A stretch of DNA of 63,885 nt, the filler included, from Octopus bimaculoides (Eukaryota), in NCBI RefSeq assembly GCF_001194135.2. It is 3 parts of 3 records of this genome, joined end to end, with 100 filler letters (N's around TTAATTAATTAA, not from the genome) between each part and the next. Parts side by side here need not be neighbours in the genome. Positions count along the whole stretch, not along the records: positions 1 to 29,711 come from NC_069002.1; positions 29,812 to 61,515 come from NC_068984.1; 1 more part is not named here. One strand, 5' to 3'. Positions 23,343 through 35,868 of this stretch are shown piece by piece. The number at the start of each line of letters is the position of its first letter. Within the stretch, counting starts at the first letter, position 1. The notes under the pieces are model-generated. The model worked only from the letters and a program-made list of their open reading frames with translations, was not told the origin of the DNA and did not search any database. Position numbers and translations under genes: made by a program.

Positions 23343-25575
23343 CGACACTGGACGCTGAGATACCAGATTGGCTGACGGTCGCATGGACTACTTTTATCCC
23401 CAAGGACAAAAAAACCCCTATGTGACCAAAAACTATAGGCCCATAAAACGCCTAAATGTTACATATAAACTGTACGCAGGTTGTTTGAATATGTTTCTCC
23501 AAGACCATACCCAAACAAATAGAGTGATAACAGATGAACAGGCAGAAGGAAAGAAAGGAGACTGGAGGTGTGCTTGACCGCTCCTCCCCAGCAGTGCTGT
23601 TCTCAAAGAAGCCAAGCAACATCACCGTAATCTCCTAACGAGATGGCTAGATTAAAAGAAGGCGTTCGACTCCGTACCTCATTCGTGGGTGATAGAACCA
23701 CTACACCTTACTAAAGTACCAACTGCTGCTGTGAATGGCATTGAAAGACTGGCTGCAACTTGGTCCACACAGTTATCACTGACAACTACTAAAGCAAATA
23801 GTTATTGTTACAAACAGAACCAAGCTATCAGCAGACACATTCCAGGGTGATAGTTTACCTGTTATGCCGTTTGTATTGGCTGTGCATCCTTTGTCAACCC
23901 TGTTAACAAAATGCCACGGCTACATGCTGAGATGCGCAGAAAAGAAGAAAGTTACTGTTAACCATACATTTTTTGTTGATGATCTAAAATTATATTCTGG
24001 TAATATGACCAGCATCAAGAGACTATTAGAACAATTCTCACGAGATATAGGAATAGGGCGAGGAAACATTGTCGACCAGGCAGAGAACATGTACATCAAC
24101 GGCATGTCTCTCTCTCTCTTTTCTCTAATTATGAAAGCTACAAGTACCTCGAAATCGATGAGAACGTTGCATACATTGGTACTGTGACTAAAGCTAGAAT
24201 AACAACATAGTACTTCTGAAGACTCCGGAAAATATGGAGCTCAAAGCTCTTAACAAGACCCTGTCTCACAACGGTTTTGTAGTGCCAGATCAACATTTGG
24301 AATATTGGACTGGTCACCCGATGAGATACGCAGCCTCAACATCAAAACCAGTAAGGTCCTGGCCAACATCAGCAACTCCATATTAACAGCGACACCGATA
24401 GGATTTATGTGAGACGAAGTGATGTTGGTAGAGGCATAAGATCAGTCCAAACAGCCTTTGAATGTTGCATTGTATCAGTCAAACCACACCTGCTGAACAG
24501 AAAAGAAAGAAATGAGTACATTCGATGCATACTCAAAACTGAGAACAACATTTCCAGAGTTGGAAAAGAACTACTGAGCCGTTACTCTGAGAATACATCT
24601 CTCGTATGTGACCGAAAGGAGGCTGGGCTGGCCTACCTAAACAGAAACGTGAAGGAGAAGCAGGCATCATACGAACAAAAAGCAATGCATGGGTACATAA
24701 CCCGTAAGCTAGAGAGCAATAACAGCATTGGCAAGAAGAGTAGCCACCACCTAGAAGCTTATGCTTTCGCTATCCAGGAACAGGAAACAGCTACTAAATT
24801 CTTAATAAACAAAACGGATAAAGATATCACCAAAACTCCACGTTGTGAAAATGTCGGCTCTGCTATACTAGTCTGTTAGATATTACATCGTCAACAGCTG
24901 GTCCAAAATGTCTACGAATCTGATCCTGAGGCATGATATAGTTGCAAAGACTATCTACAATGCTATCCACAAGATGGACTACTCTGGCGTTTGCATTAAA
25001 TGCATGTCAAAACCGGCAAGTATACATATCTACAAAAACAAGTAATACTGGTGAAACAACCTATTAAAAACATCAATTAGGTGCAAACTTACAGCCCTGA
25101 TATTGTTCTATGTAACAGGGAAGAAAAGTCATGGCCTGGTGTAGAGGTCTCTTGCCCAGCAGATGTGGATTTACAATCAAAAGTCTAGGAAAAAGAGCAT
25201 TTATGGCGAATTAATGCGTAACTTACAGCTCTTGTACCTTGCTTATTAATTCTCATTTGTACCTATCATTTTAGGTGAATTAGGTTGTGTACCAACAAAC
25301 TTGCACCAAACGCTTGGTTTCAAAGAAAAAGAGCAAAAATGACTGATGCAGATTTTCCAAATACAAACTATTAATGACACTACGAAGATTTGTAAAACAT
25401 TCCCAAAATTCTCGATGCGAGATTCTTATGTGAGTTGATGCACATCCTTGGGTGTCTGCTTCGACAGTTCAACCAACATATCAACTTAAACATATGTTCA
25501 CAAATACCGGGAACTCTCTTAACTCAAAAGTCTTGTCGCTTTGTTAGCAACCTTCTTGTACTCTCTCATTCATAC
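23343..25575 (+). mobile_element. Degenerate R4/Dong-clade non-LTR retrotransposon (RT, zinc knuckle region, restriction-like endonuclease, 3' UTR)
   Basis: NYRPIKRLNVTYKL, KKAFDSVPHSW, (FQ)GDSLPVMPF, NHTFFVDDLKLY, YKYL, HLEAYAFAIQEQE, RHDIVAK, PDIVL..VEVSCPAD, TTKICKTF; many stops and frameshifts. Confidence 0.9.
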
Positions 25576-27014
25576 AGACATGCACACATATATACATACA
25601 TACCCATACATATTCAAATATACATACATTTACACACATATGCATATGCACACACACAGATGTGACGTTAGGGTTATATGGCAAGTAAAATCAGTAAAAG
25701 TCCAACCATCCAGATTCGTTTCCTACTAGTATTAGTGCTGTAGTTGTCTTTTCATTCATTTGTGGACTCAGTGTTAATAAATACCTGTCATATATTCGGT
25801 ACAGCTACCAACAGTTGCATTCCACGTTTTGTTGTTGTAGTAGGTGATAGTTTTGTTGACTAATGAAATCTATTCCACTTATAACCATTATGCCTGTCTC
25901 CTCGGCTCAGTGAACCCAAAAGCGTATAAAATTTATCCACTTTTTAATACCGTGTGGCATGATTTTAAATGAAATTTAACAGCTATTTTTATCAAGACGA
26001 AGAACCAAGTAGAAACTATCACATCGATTTTGTTTTAAAGTCTAGCGTGAAACTGTGTGGCCTCTTGGTATATCGTACTTTTCGGGTTCGATTCTCGAAC
26101 CATGTGTTTCATTGTGTCCTTGGGTAAGTCACTTCATTTCACATTTTTTCTAGCTTACTCATTTAAAATCGAGTTGTCCCTTGTGCAAAGTGGACAGCGG
26201 CAGAATGAAATACAAAATCAACCCTGGTGGCATCTGAATGTAGAACTTAAGGGTACTCTATGAAACAACAAGTAGCAATTCCACCACAACTTATGCCAAT
26301 CCGCTGCCTTTTAATTCTATATATATTGATAAATTGAAGTCATAGGATGTTGGTAAACAGGAAAAAATTTTGCTTTAAGACCAACCTCAAATTAAATAAG
26401 GTGATATGTTGCACCACTTGGCATTAAATAATACGATTATTCTTACAGAGATCGATATCGTGAATATTCGATTTTCTATAACTTCCATATTCGTCCGATT
26501 GCTAATAAATTATCTTGTACACGATGTATATATACTTTTGTTCTAAGGCGAAGTTATGTCGCCATTTCATGTTGTGGCAAACATTCGTGTTAATGTTGTT
26601 TCATGATGTGGCAAGCGTTCCTGTTAATGCAGACATTTTCTGCTTACTCTGAAAGATTTCTTTATCAAAGAGGATAAAAAGGCGTGCAATAAACAGAAGC
26701 AAATCGGTGAGAACTCACTCTTGAATGTTTGACGATAATAAGGAAAGACAGATAATAAGGATCGTTTACTGCGCCTGTTAGAAATAACAGTCAAAGATCT
26801 CTTGTGAGTAACACCTTATCGACTTAAAAACAGGACACAGTTACTAATATAATCTTAGATACGTTACTCCTTCCTTGGGCACTCAGCTTCTGGTTGAGTC
26901 ATAGGAGCATCGTCGTCACATACAGTGAAGTACAGGAATTTTAAACTTGGTAGCTCTCCTCCCACCTTTCTAGGATTGCCCACGGCCAATTTCATTATGC
27001 AGAGAGAGAAAGTT

Positions 27015-27081
<67 letters not shown>

Positions 27082-27179
27082 GAGAGTGAGTGAGAGGGAG
27101 AGAGATAGAGAGAAGAGAGAGAGAAAAGAGTAAAAAAGGACGGAAGGAAATGAGAGAGAAGAATCGATGTCAAGACTTT

Positions 27180-27630
27180 GTCATTCTAAAAGAACGAACG
27201 GCAGCGCTGACCTCTGGGATTTGAAATAGAAATCAGAGAGCCGGAACGAATGCCACAAGACATTCTGACGTTTCAGTAACTAAGGTTGACACTAGTACTT
27301 TACTGGAACTCTCTGTTATCGACCTCAGAAGGACAAAAGACTTCGACGATATTTGAACCTAAAAAGCTGGAGCAAGGCGTCTGATTAACGATTCTAGCAG
27401 TCTATCATACTATATTGGTTTCAAATTTTGGTACAAGGCCAGCGATTTCGTGAATGGGGATAAGCCACTTACATCGACCCGAGGGCTCAATTGGTAGTTA
27501 TTTTATCGACTCCAAAATGATGAAAGGCAAAGTCGACCCCGGCGACGTTTGACGTCAGAGCATAAAGTCGGAAGAAATGATCCTAAACACTTCTTTCAAT
27601 ACGGTAACGATTTTTCTAGCCTGCCGCCTT
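27180..27630 (-). mobile_element. Two diverged family B SINE copies in tandem
   Basis: caaattttggtacaaggcc..ttttatcgactccaaaatgatgaaaggcaaagtcgac..gcctgccgcctta (27415-27630), plus a more decayed copy to its left. Confidence 0.6.
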
Positions 27631-28042
27631 AGCCTGCCATACTGTACTAGAAATGCTAGTAATAAACCCTGCTTCTTACTTAAACACAAAAAAGAGTGAA
27701 AAACAGGACCGTCATGGTTGGAATGCATTTAATCGTAATCCTGTTTAATCTGGTTTGACCTGATATTTATACAAGGAATGAAGACCCAATAAAATGGCTG
27801 AAATGATAAATATAGCAATTGTGTATATTTCTTTTTGAAAATCGATCCAGTGTTTGTACAGATTAAAAGTGCAATAAAAAGAAACTATTAAAGTAAATTA
27901 ATGACATCAAACTATTATCATTGATCTGTCGATTGATAGGAATCAGTATAAAGTCGATATTTTAACGGCAAAGTTGAAAAAAAATATACCGAACACGTTT
28001 ATATAGTTTCTTTTTATTAACATTTATGTTGATGGTATAAAA

Positions 28043-28146
28043 TTATTGGCTTTTTTTCTGGAGGCTGTTCTTGCTTTCATCTTTTGAATCTACATTCTGT
28101 GAGTAAATGAGCAAACGTGGGTGTATTTGTGTGATCTGTTGGACGG
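28043..28146 (-). CDS. Candidate terminal exon of unknown gene (cluster B)
   Basis: Acceptor cttctatttcaAG (non-preferred AAG). Reads (P)VQQITQIHPRLLIYSQNVDSKDESKNSLQKKSQ*; AATAAA 25 nt after the stop (28018-28013). Confidence 0.45.
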
Positions 28147-28221
28147 CTTGAAATAGAAGTAATATTTCATACATATACAAAATGTATACTATTTCAAAAG
28201 ACAGATTGGATATTAAGATAC

Positions 28222-28336
28222 GCATAGATTCATGAAAGTCAAGGTAATCACTATATGTCAATTCCATTAGGACTGCAGCGGCTTTCCACTCCTGAGTCAA
28301 TATGAGACTTGTGTGCGATTGCTTGACTTCGCCAAA
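28222..28336 (-). CDS. Candidate exon of unknown gene (cluster B)
   Basis: Acceptor catttatAG, donor GTatct. 115 nt, phase 0/1, FGEVKQSHTSLILTQEWKAAAVLMELTYSDYLDFHESM. Confidence 0.5.
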
Positions 28337-28459
28337 CTATAAATGATTGCTGTGAAAAAGTAAATATTTAGATGATGAATTTCTGGTTAGACCTTCCTTG
28401 GGAATAAGACGTAGTGGTCATGTATGGAAAATCTTTGAAGAGGACTGCTTAAAACCTAC

Positions 28460-28518
28460 TTTTTTCATTTTCCTTTGAAGAACGCTAAGTGACCACCGGT
28501 TGGAATTCAAGGTATATC
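28460..28518 (-). CDS. Candidate exon of unknown gene (cluster B)
   Basis: Acceptor gtgttttAG with CTAAC upstream, donor GTaggt. 59 nt, phase 1/0, YTLNSNRWSLSVLQRKMKK. Confidence 0.5.
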
Positions 28519-28577
28519 CTAAAACACTACATGCGTTAGATTTTGTAATTTTGGCTGGTAATTAGGGCTGGACCTAC

Positions 28578-28632
28578 CACTGAAGAAGCGCAGTATTCTG
28601 AAATCACGTGATCTGGCAGTTCGAATGCTCAT
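28578..28632 (-). CDS. Possible upstream or alternative exon of cluster B
   Basis: ATG 28632, MSIRTARSRDFRILRFFS(G), donor GTaggt (phase 1). The 59 nt intron has a CTAAC branch point about 20 nt before gtgttttAG. No strong acceptor for this exon, and the intron is short. Confidence 0.3.
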
Positions 28633-29133
28633 ACCAGACGGTTCTCGTCTGTTACGATACCCTCAGTGCCATTTGGGAGTGATAGACACCGGGTGTTTCA
28701 CCAATTTTCTGGCTTGTCAACATGAGTAACCCGCCAACGATATCTAAGCGTATATATCCTGCTACGCTATTGGAGCCACCGGAAAATACACAAAACACAT
28801 GCATTAAGCGAATGCAGTTAATCATATTTATTATACTAGAGATGCAATTTCCGGCCATGCCAGCTCATGATTTTACAAGCCATGAGCATATAAGTCGGGG
28901 ACTGGTTAGGTGATTTGCCTTCAACCCTGGCGAGTACAGGATGTTGACAAGCCACAGCAATGGTGAAACACCCAGTGTCCATCACTCTCGACTGGGATTC
29001 AGGGTGAGTTATCACCCCTGCCCATGAGCCTGTGGTGTTTTAACATCCAACGCTTTGAGAGTGTATATACTCCGCCGCTCCATTTCAGCTGCCGGAAAAT
29101 GTACAACGCATATACATTAAGGTACATGTAGTT

Positions 29134-29192
<59 letters not shown>

Positions 29193-29193
<1 letters not shown>

Positions 29194-29507
29194 CACCTGA
29201 AGGCATTGTCGAAAATGGAAATGCAAAGATCCTATGGGACTTTATGATTCAGTGCGATCAGGAAGTTGAGAATAGGAAGTCAGACATAGTCTTAATTGAG
29301 AAAGAAAACAAACTATGCTAGATCACAGATATAGCATGCCCAGCTGACAACAAGGTATGCGATAAGGAAGAAAGAAAAGTAGAGAGATATGACAGGTTAG
29401 CTTGGGAAGTTAATCAGTTGTGGTCGATGAAAAAGGTAGCAGTAGTACCGATGATTGTTGGAGCCCAAGGAACAGTGAGCAAAAATCTCGAGAAGTACAT
29501 GGAACGG
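29193..29507 (+). mobile_element. R4/Dong-type restriction-like endonuclease fragment abutting (TAA)n
   Basis: PEGIVENGNAKILWDFMIQCDQEVENRKSDIVLIEKENKLC*ITDIACPADNKVCDKEERKVERYDRLAWEV..VVPMIVGAQGTVSKNL (RPD..D..P..K..K.Y-type RLE); preceded directly by about 19 TAA units (29136-29192). Confidence 0.85.
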
Positions 29508-29811
29508 TCGTATGTGAAAATTAAACTCTAATTTGAACTTTTAACATCTCTTCTCCATTTTTCTAACTGTTAGTAGTGTTTTATATAAGATTTTTTATCT
29601 TACACATGCCTATAACAAACACTTTACTTGTTATTTTCACATTTCAAATGCTTGCTATAGCAAGCTATTATTTTGATATGAAGAATATTTATTAGAAATA
29701 TATCTTTTTGCNNNNNNNNNNNNNNNNNNNNNNNNNNNNNNNNNNNNNNNNNNNNTTAATTAATTAANNNNNNNNNNNNNNNNNNNNNNNNNNNNNNNNN
29801 NNNNNNNNNNN

Positions 29812-29877
<66 letters not shown>

Positions 29878-30552
29878 ATATATATGTGTGTAACCTAACA
29901 TATTGTATGCTTACAGGTACGCGCATTCTGTGCAGATGTTTCTATTAAAAGTAAATAAAGAATGTTTATGTGTTCTGCATTAGAATGAATAGTGACAAGA
30001 AAACATCTTGTCTAATATATTATCTACACTAATGCTGTGGAGATACTTCTTCTGTCACTTAATCTTATTTTGTTCTTTCGTTATATGACCGTCTTTCTTA
30101 TTCCTCTCTAGGGCTATAAAACAATTAAGATAGCGATCTGAGAAACGTCTTGGTTTTTGGGTCTTGCTGGCAGGCTTTTAAAATATCTACGGATTCTCTG
30201 ATAACTCCACTTGATCTTGCCATGTAACTTGGTGAGCTGGTCAACTTAAATTCTCCACCTACCTATCAATTTGATTGTTTGAAATTATCAGAATATAGCG
30301 AAATTTTCTCAAAATGCATTCAAAATATCCATCGATAAGATGCTGCTAGATCTGCTGGCATGAATTTTAACTCCACTTGTGTTCTTCTTTTATATATACT
30401 CTATACTAGAAATCATCCCGAGGTTGGATCTATAGTTTGTATTGAATCGGGTACCTTGATGTAGCACGGAAACCCAATCAAACCGTTTTCAATAATACAT
30501 GTAAGACCTAGAAATGTGTTCAGGGCCCTGTTTATCGTTCGTCTACTCTTCC

Positions 30553-30590
<38 letters not shown>

Positions 30591-31057
30591 NNNNNNNNNN
30601 NNNNNNNNNNNNNNNNNNNNNNNNNNNNNNNNNNNNNNNNNNNNNNNNNNNNNNNNNNNNNNNNNNNNNNNNNNNNNNNNNNNNNNNNNNNNNNNNNNNN
30701 NNNNNNNNNNNNNNNNNNNNNNNNNNNNNNNNNNNNNNNNNNNNNNNNNNNNNNNNNNNNNNNNNNNNNNNNNNNNNNNNNNNNNNNNNNNNNNNNNNNN
30801 NNNNNNNNNNNNNNNNNNNNNNNNNNNNNNNNNNNNNNNNNNNNNNNNNNNNNNNNNNNNNNNNNNNNNNNNNNNNNNNNNNNNNNNNNNNNNNNNNNNN
30901 NNNNNNNNNNNNNNNNNNNNNNNNNNNNNNNNNNNNNNNNNNNNNNNNNNNNNNNNNNNNNNNNNNNNNNNNNNNNNNNNNNNNNNNNNNNNNNNNNNNN
31001 NNNNNNNNNNNNNNNNNNNNNNNNNNNNNNNNNNNNNNNNNNNNNNNNNNNNNNNNN

Positions 31058-31090
<33 letters not shown>

Positions 31091-31389
31091 GCATACGATC
31101 CAAGGATCGAGAATATATATATTCTCTACTCTTACCGTGCTCTCTACACATTCTGACGGAATCTTCCATGTGTGTACATGTACCCCCTTGCGACAATGTA
31201 AACTTCCTTTTACTTAAGATACCTTTGGCCTGACGATTTGCCTGCGGTATACACTTCGCTTGGATATTTATCACTTCCGAGGTCTCGTTCGCTACGAAAC
31301 ATATGTAGCTCGGATTTTATCTACTCCATTCTATTCCTCAACTCTTGTATATAAGGAGTAATATCGACTTACTCTATGGTATATATATC

Positions 31390-31675
31390 ATCAAATGAAT
31401 AATAGCATATGGTGGATAATTGTCAGCTTATTACAACTGTTTCATACGCATCTTTTTCGTTGAAGAATGAGAACATTACTCCATTACAAAAAAAAAACAA
31501 AAAACAAAAAAAAAAACCCGTAATCAGCACATGAACCGTAATTTTACAAATTTCATCTGATGATTTCGGTTTTTTTTTGTAATGGAATAATGTTCTCATT
31601 CTTCTAATAAAAAATGCATAAAAGACAGCTGTAATGAGCTGACAGTTATCCATCGTATGTTATTATTCATTTGAT
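31390..31675. mobile_element. Older foldback element / MITE with about 105 bp inverted arms
   Basis: atcaaatgaataatagcat...ccattacaaaa (31390 to about 31496) versus ttttgtaatgg...ttattcatttgat (about 31570 to 31675), roughly 80-85% complementary by eye. Confidence 0.8.
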
Positions 31676-31823
31676 TATAATACACCAAGGGGATTTACGA
31701 CATGTCGGGTACCCTAGAGTATACCAGCAACGTACAATTCAGCGTAACGCGTGCTTTGGACCAGCACCTAGGCGCTAAATGCTAAATTTCTCTGAGTACA
31801 CAACCGGAATATCCTATCTGACA

Positions 31824-31857
<34 letters not shown>

Positions 31858-32429
31858 NNNNNNNNNNNNNNNNNNNNNNNNNNNNNNNNNNNNNNNNNNN
31901 NNNNNNNNNNNNNNNNNNNNNNNNNNNNNNNNNNNNNNNNNNNNNNNNNNNNNNNNNNNNNNNNNNNNNNNNNNNNNNNNNNNNNNNNNNNNNNNNNNNN
32001 NNNNNNNNNNNNNNNNNNNNNNNNNNNNNNNNNNNNNNNNNNNNNNNNNNNNNNNNNNNNNNNNNNNNNNNNNNNNNNNNNNNNNNNNNNNNNNNNNNNN
32101 NNNNNNNNNNNNNNNNNNNNNNNNNNNNNNNNNNNNNNNNNNNNNNNNNNNNNNNNNNNNNNNNNNNNNNNNNNNNNNNNNNNNNNNNNNNNNNNNNNNN
32201 NNNNNNNNNNNNNNNNNNNNNNNNNNNNNNNNNNNNNNNNNNNNNNNNNNNNNNNNNNNNNNNNNNNNNNNNNNNNNNNNNNNNNNNNNNNNNNNNNNNN
32301 NNNNNNNNNNNNNNNNNNNNNNNNNNNNNNNNNNNNNNNNNNNNNNNNNNNNNNNNNNNNNNNNNNNNNNNNNNNNNNNNNNNNNNNNNNNNNNNNNNNN
32401 NNNNNNNNNNNNNNNNNNNNNNTATATAC

Positions 32430-32484
<55 letters not shown>

Positions 32485-32507
32485 TATGTATATACACATA
32501 TATATAC

Positions 32508-32551
<44 letters not shown>

Positions 32552-34260
32552 ACACACACATATATATATATATACACACGCACATAGCATAACGTGAATG
32601 ACAAATTCTGAAATATAGTTATATATTAGAAAGCCTTAGCTGTGATGATAATGAATTATGCATGAATGCGAACGCATTCCTCCTATTATTTCGACGTGCA
32701 GAACAGCAATCCATTCACCACTATGGTGCCTTCATTGTAGACTGCTTTATATAGAAGCTGATGGCTTTATATTGCCGAATTTGTTAGGAGATTGGGTCCG
32801 TCACTTCTGAGAAGCGATCAAAAACCGGGAAACTGTCTCTTTTCTTTTTTTGTCATTCTAAAAATATTTCTGTGTTTCCTTGTTCAGCTTTGAGGCATTT
32901 GGATTAATTGAAATTTTGTAGATTGCCTTTGACCTTATAACGTCACTCACTGGTCGATCATCGTTTTCATTCTGCTCTTATAGGTGTTGCATTTATAAAC
33001 ATCACACTATGGTTGTGTGATATCTGCTTCTATCATATAAAGTATTGTCTTGGTTATCACAATTTTATACGTAATTATTCTATTGCAAAACATTAATAGT
33101 TAAATAGCTTATAAATTTAGATGAACCCTTCGAGAATCTAACCTTAAAATCGAAATTCGAAGACAAATATTCAAACCTATTAAATAGATTATCTCTGAGT
33201 TCTCTTTTGTGTTGGGCATTTATGAAAGTGGTTGAGATGTATACATATTACAAACCGCATATCGCGTATAAGGTCAGGAATTTTGTATATCTTTTAAGGT
33301 GCCTTGAAAGAACGTTTGCTAACACATCTGAAACTTACAGAGGAGGGATTGTTCGTGGCATTAGTAAGCAATTCAGGGATAACTTGAGCATCTACAACGA
33401 AAAGAAATCTTCCATTTTTAATCTATATACTCTAGATAAAGACAGCGGTTCAGTTAATAGAATCCATGTAAATATTACAACTAAATATCTTTATAATACT
33501 ATGATAAGAGAAATTATCAAAAATACGAATACAGTCTCACATGTAAATGGGAAAGAGATAAGAATGAACCACACACAAACTCACACAGAGACAAAAAATA
33601 CGTCTTTCCTTTCCTATCTCAGATTAGTTTTATACGCTCATTTTTGCATATGGACGTGTACAGTGGTATATACACGGATACTTATCTATTTATATGAGAG
33701 TATACGTATGTGTGTGCATGCATGTTTGGATGCGAGTGTATAAATACATATATAACTATATATTCATATACATGTATGTGATTATGCGGATACATATATA
33801 TGTTTGTATATTTGCGGGTGTGTGAATACATATATGTGTGCAATGTGCGCGTAAGTTTATATTACTATGTGCAATCGTATTCGCAAATTCATACTAATAA
33901 ATGCTTATAAATTGATCACGATTATTCTCTGTTTGACATTCTCCCGTCTACTATCATTTTCTTCTTCTTCATCCTTTTTATATTTGAAAATTATTTTTGA
34001 ATTGAAAAACAGAAACCTGACTTTTTACTCTGAACTCATTGTAGATAAATGTTCTAATACATATTGCATCTTATATGTAGCGAACAGAAAGATGAAAATG
34101 ATATAAAAAATAAAAGTAAAACAAGATAAAAAGAAAGAAAAGAGAAAGAAAAGAGAAAGAAAATCTAGAATTATGACAATAATATACTTAGGCGCAGGCG
34201 TGGCTGTGTGATAAGAAGCTTGCATCCCAACCATATTTCAGATTCGGGTTTCGGGTTCAA

Positions 34261-34731
34261 GCTGTTGAATACTGCTATAATCCTTGCCTTCAGTTCATCT
34301 TTGGTGTTACAAAGAGTTTTGTTGGTCTCTCGCTCAACTGCGCCCCTCACCTAATAATCAAGGGGGTTGCAGTCTGGGGAGTTAGGTGGCCAGATGTTAG
34401 GCGTGATATGGTCGCAGAAATTGTCTGACAGCCATGATTGGGTTTTCCTACTTGTGTGGCATGGCGCAGAGTCTTATGGCTCGACGTAGGATCTTCCAGC
34501 AGTCACCTTCTTGAGTCAGGGCAGCACTACTTCCTCCAGGCACATGATGTAGGCCTCCGTGTTGAGTCTGAGGCCGTGTGGGAAGATGAATGGAAATATA
34601 ACCTCACCATCACTTGTGATCACTCCAAACACCATGATGTTGACTGGATGTTTGATTTTTATCAATCTTGGTACATGTTTTGGAGACGTGGCAAGCCAAC
34701 GGTTGTTCTGTGTGTCCAGCATCTGATCCTA
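34261..34731 (-). mobile_element. Tc1/mariner superfamily transposase fragment, DD37D (maT/ITmD37D) type, pseudogenised
   Basis: QNNRWLA..KHPVNIMVFGVITSDG..LRLNTEAYI..EP*DSAPCHTSRKTQSWLSDNFCDHITPNIWPPNSPDCNPLDY*: 37 residues between the second and third catalytic Asp; three in-frame stops. Confidence 0.9.
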
Positions 34732-35470
34732 GCCGTATTTGCCAGCGAATACGATGCGTTTTTGCTTTATAATGTATCAGAAATTTACTCTGCGTCTAAT
34801 GAGGATGTATTGAGGGTGGAAGACCCTGCACCGCATACCAGAGAGTCGGGTGAACATAAATATGCATGGTACAATAATTTTTTTCTAATAAGAAAAGAGT
34901 AAAACAAGCTAAACTATGGCAGACTATTAGCACAAACATACGAAATATTGCTTACAGTACGTCATTGGTTATGTGTGGTGGTCACATCATCACATCATAC
35001 CTCAATCACCAGCATATATAACCCACACCTGAATTGTGTCTTGAACTATTTTTTGACTGTGTTACCTTCAAGAAACATTTTCAAATTAACTGTGAGGAAA
35101 TTCTCTTAGAAAGATGTAAAGGATTATAAATTTTCATTCTCCTGTCAGCCATTTGCAATGAGTGCACGACAACAAAACCATAGCGGTGGTGCGCCACCCT
35201 GATGTCTGATTGTGGTTACACAAAACATCACAGCCAAAATTCGTGTTTTACAACATATATAGCGATTCTCTTGATTAAGATAGAAACAACTATACAGTTG
35301 ATCTGAAAGGAGGTGAAAAGGAGATATGGTACCCGTATATGATAAATTGATGGTTTCACACTTTATTCCTCTAAACTGTCATAGCATTGCATTTACAGGC
35401 TCAGAATTATACATTTCCCCCTTCAGAACCGCTTTAGATTACCTTTCAACGAATGTATGATGAAACATAC

Positions 35471-35592
35471 TAAATTTGATTTTTTTGTACAAAATATTCT
35501 TATAAATTAGCGATGAGTCTTTTGCGTGAGTGCGTCTTGCAAGCCAGCACGTGCGATACTTCTTGGATGAACTGATCTGAAAATAAGCCGTT
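35471..35592 (-). CDS. Candidate exon of unknown gene (cluster A)
   Basis: Acceptor tttattttatgtttgtcAG, donor GTatgt. 122 nt, phase 2/1, TAYFQISSSKKYRTCWLARRTHAKDSSLIYKNILYKKIKF; 80 nt intron upstream. Confidence 0.55.
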
Positions 35593-35672
35593 CTGACAAA
35601 CATAAAATAAAGTGATATTTTCGAACGCAGTATAGCCGTTAAAACAGCAGAAAAATTGGGCAATAATCTTAC

Positions 35673-35762
35673 AAGGCGGAAAAAGATGTTAAGAAACAGC
35701 CAAGATTGTTTGTTGACAATATCACTTTCTTGTCTGTACCGTACAATACGCATTCGGCGCTT
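35673..35762 (-). CDS. Candidate exon of unknown gene (cluster A)
   Basis: Acceptor catttgtttttgtAG, donor GTaaga. 90 nt, phase 2/2, SAECVLYGTDKKVILSTNNLGCFLTSFSA(L); 106 nt intron upstream. Confidence 0.6.
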
Positions 35763-35868
35763 CTACAAAAACAAATGTATGTTTGTTTATATACATACGT
35801 AGTTATAAAATAAAGTAATTACTCCGTTTGTTACTTTCTTCCTCTCCACCTTTTATTTTTCTACTCAC

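Noticed and set aside
29756-29767. TTAATTAATTAA island inside N runs, repeated at 61560-61571
   Set aside because: Both are centred in 44N-12-44N (100 bp) gaps and encode stops in all six frames. This is an assembly spacer, not biology.
33207-33743. 178 aa plus-strand ORF; faint Penelope-like hints on the minus strand
   Set aside because: No start context, splice support or motif on the plus strand; the minus-strand similarity is too weak to report.
34438-34902. 154 aa plus-strand ORF
   Set aside because: Mostly the antisense of the DD37D transposase fragment; no independent coding signature.
35500-35762. Alternative phase 0 reading KRRMRIVRYRQ..NGLFSDQFIQEVSHVLACK..*
   Set aside because: Incompatible with the phase 2 donor of the 38 nt upstream exon and rich in CGN codons. 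Kept only as a fallback if that exon is not real.
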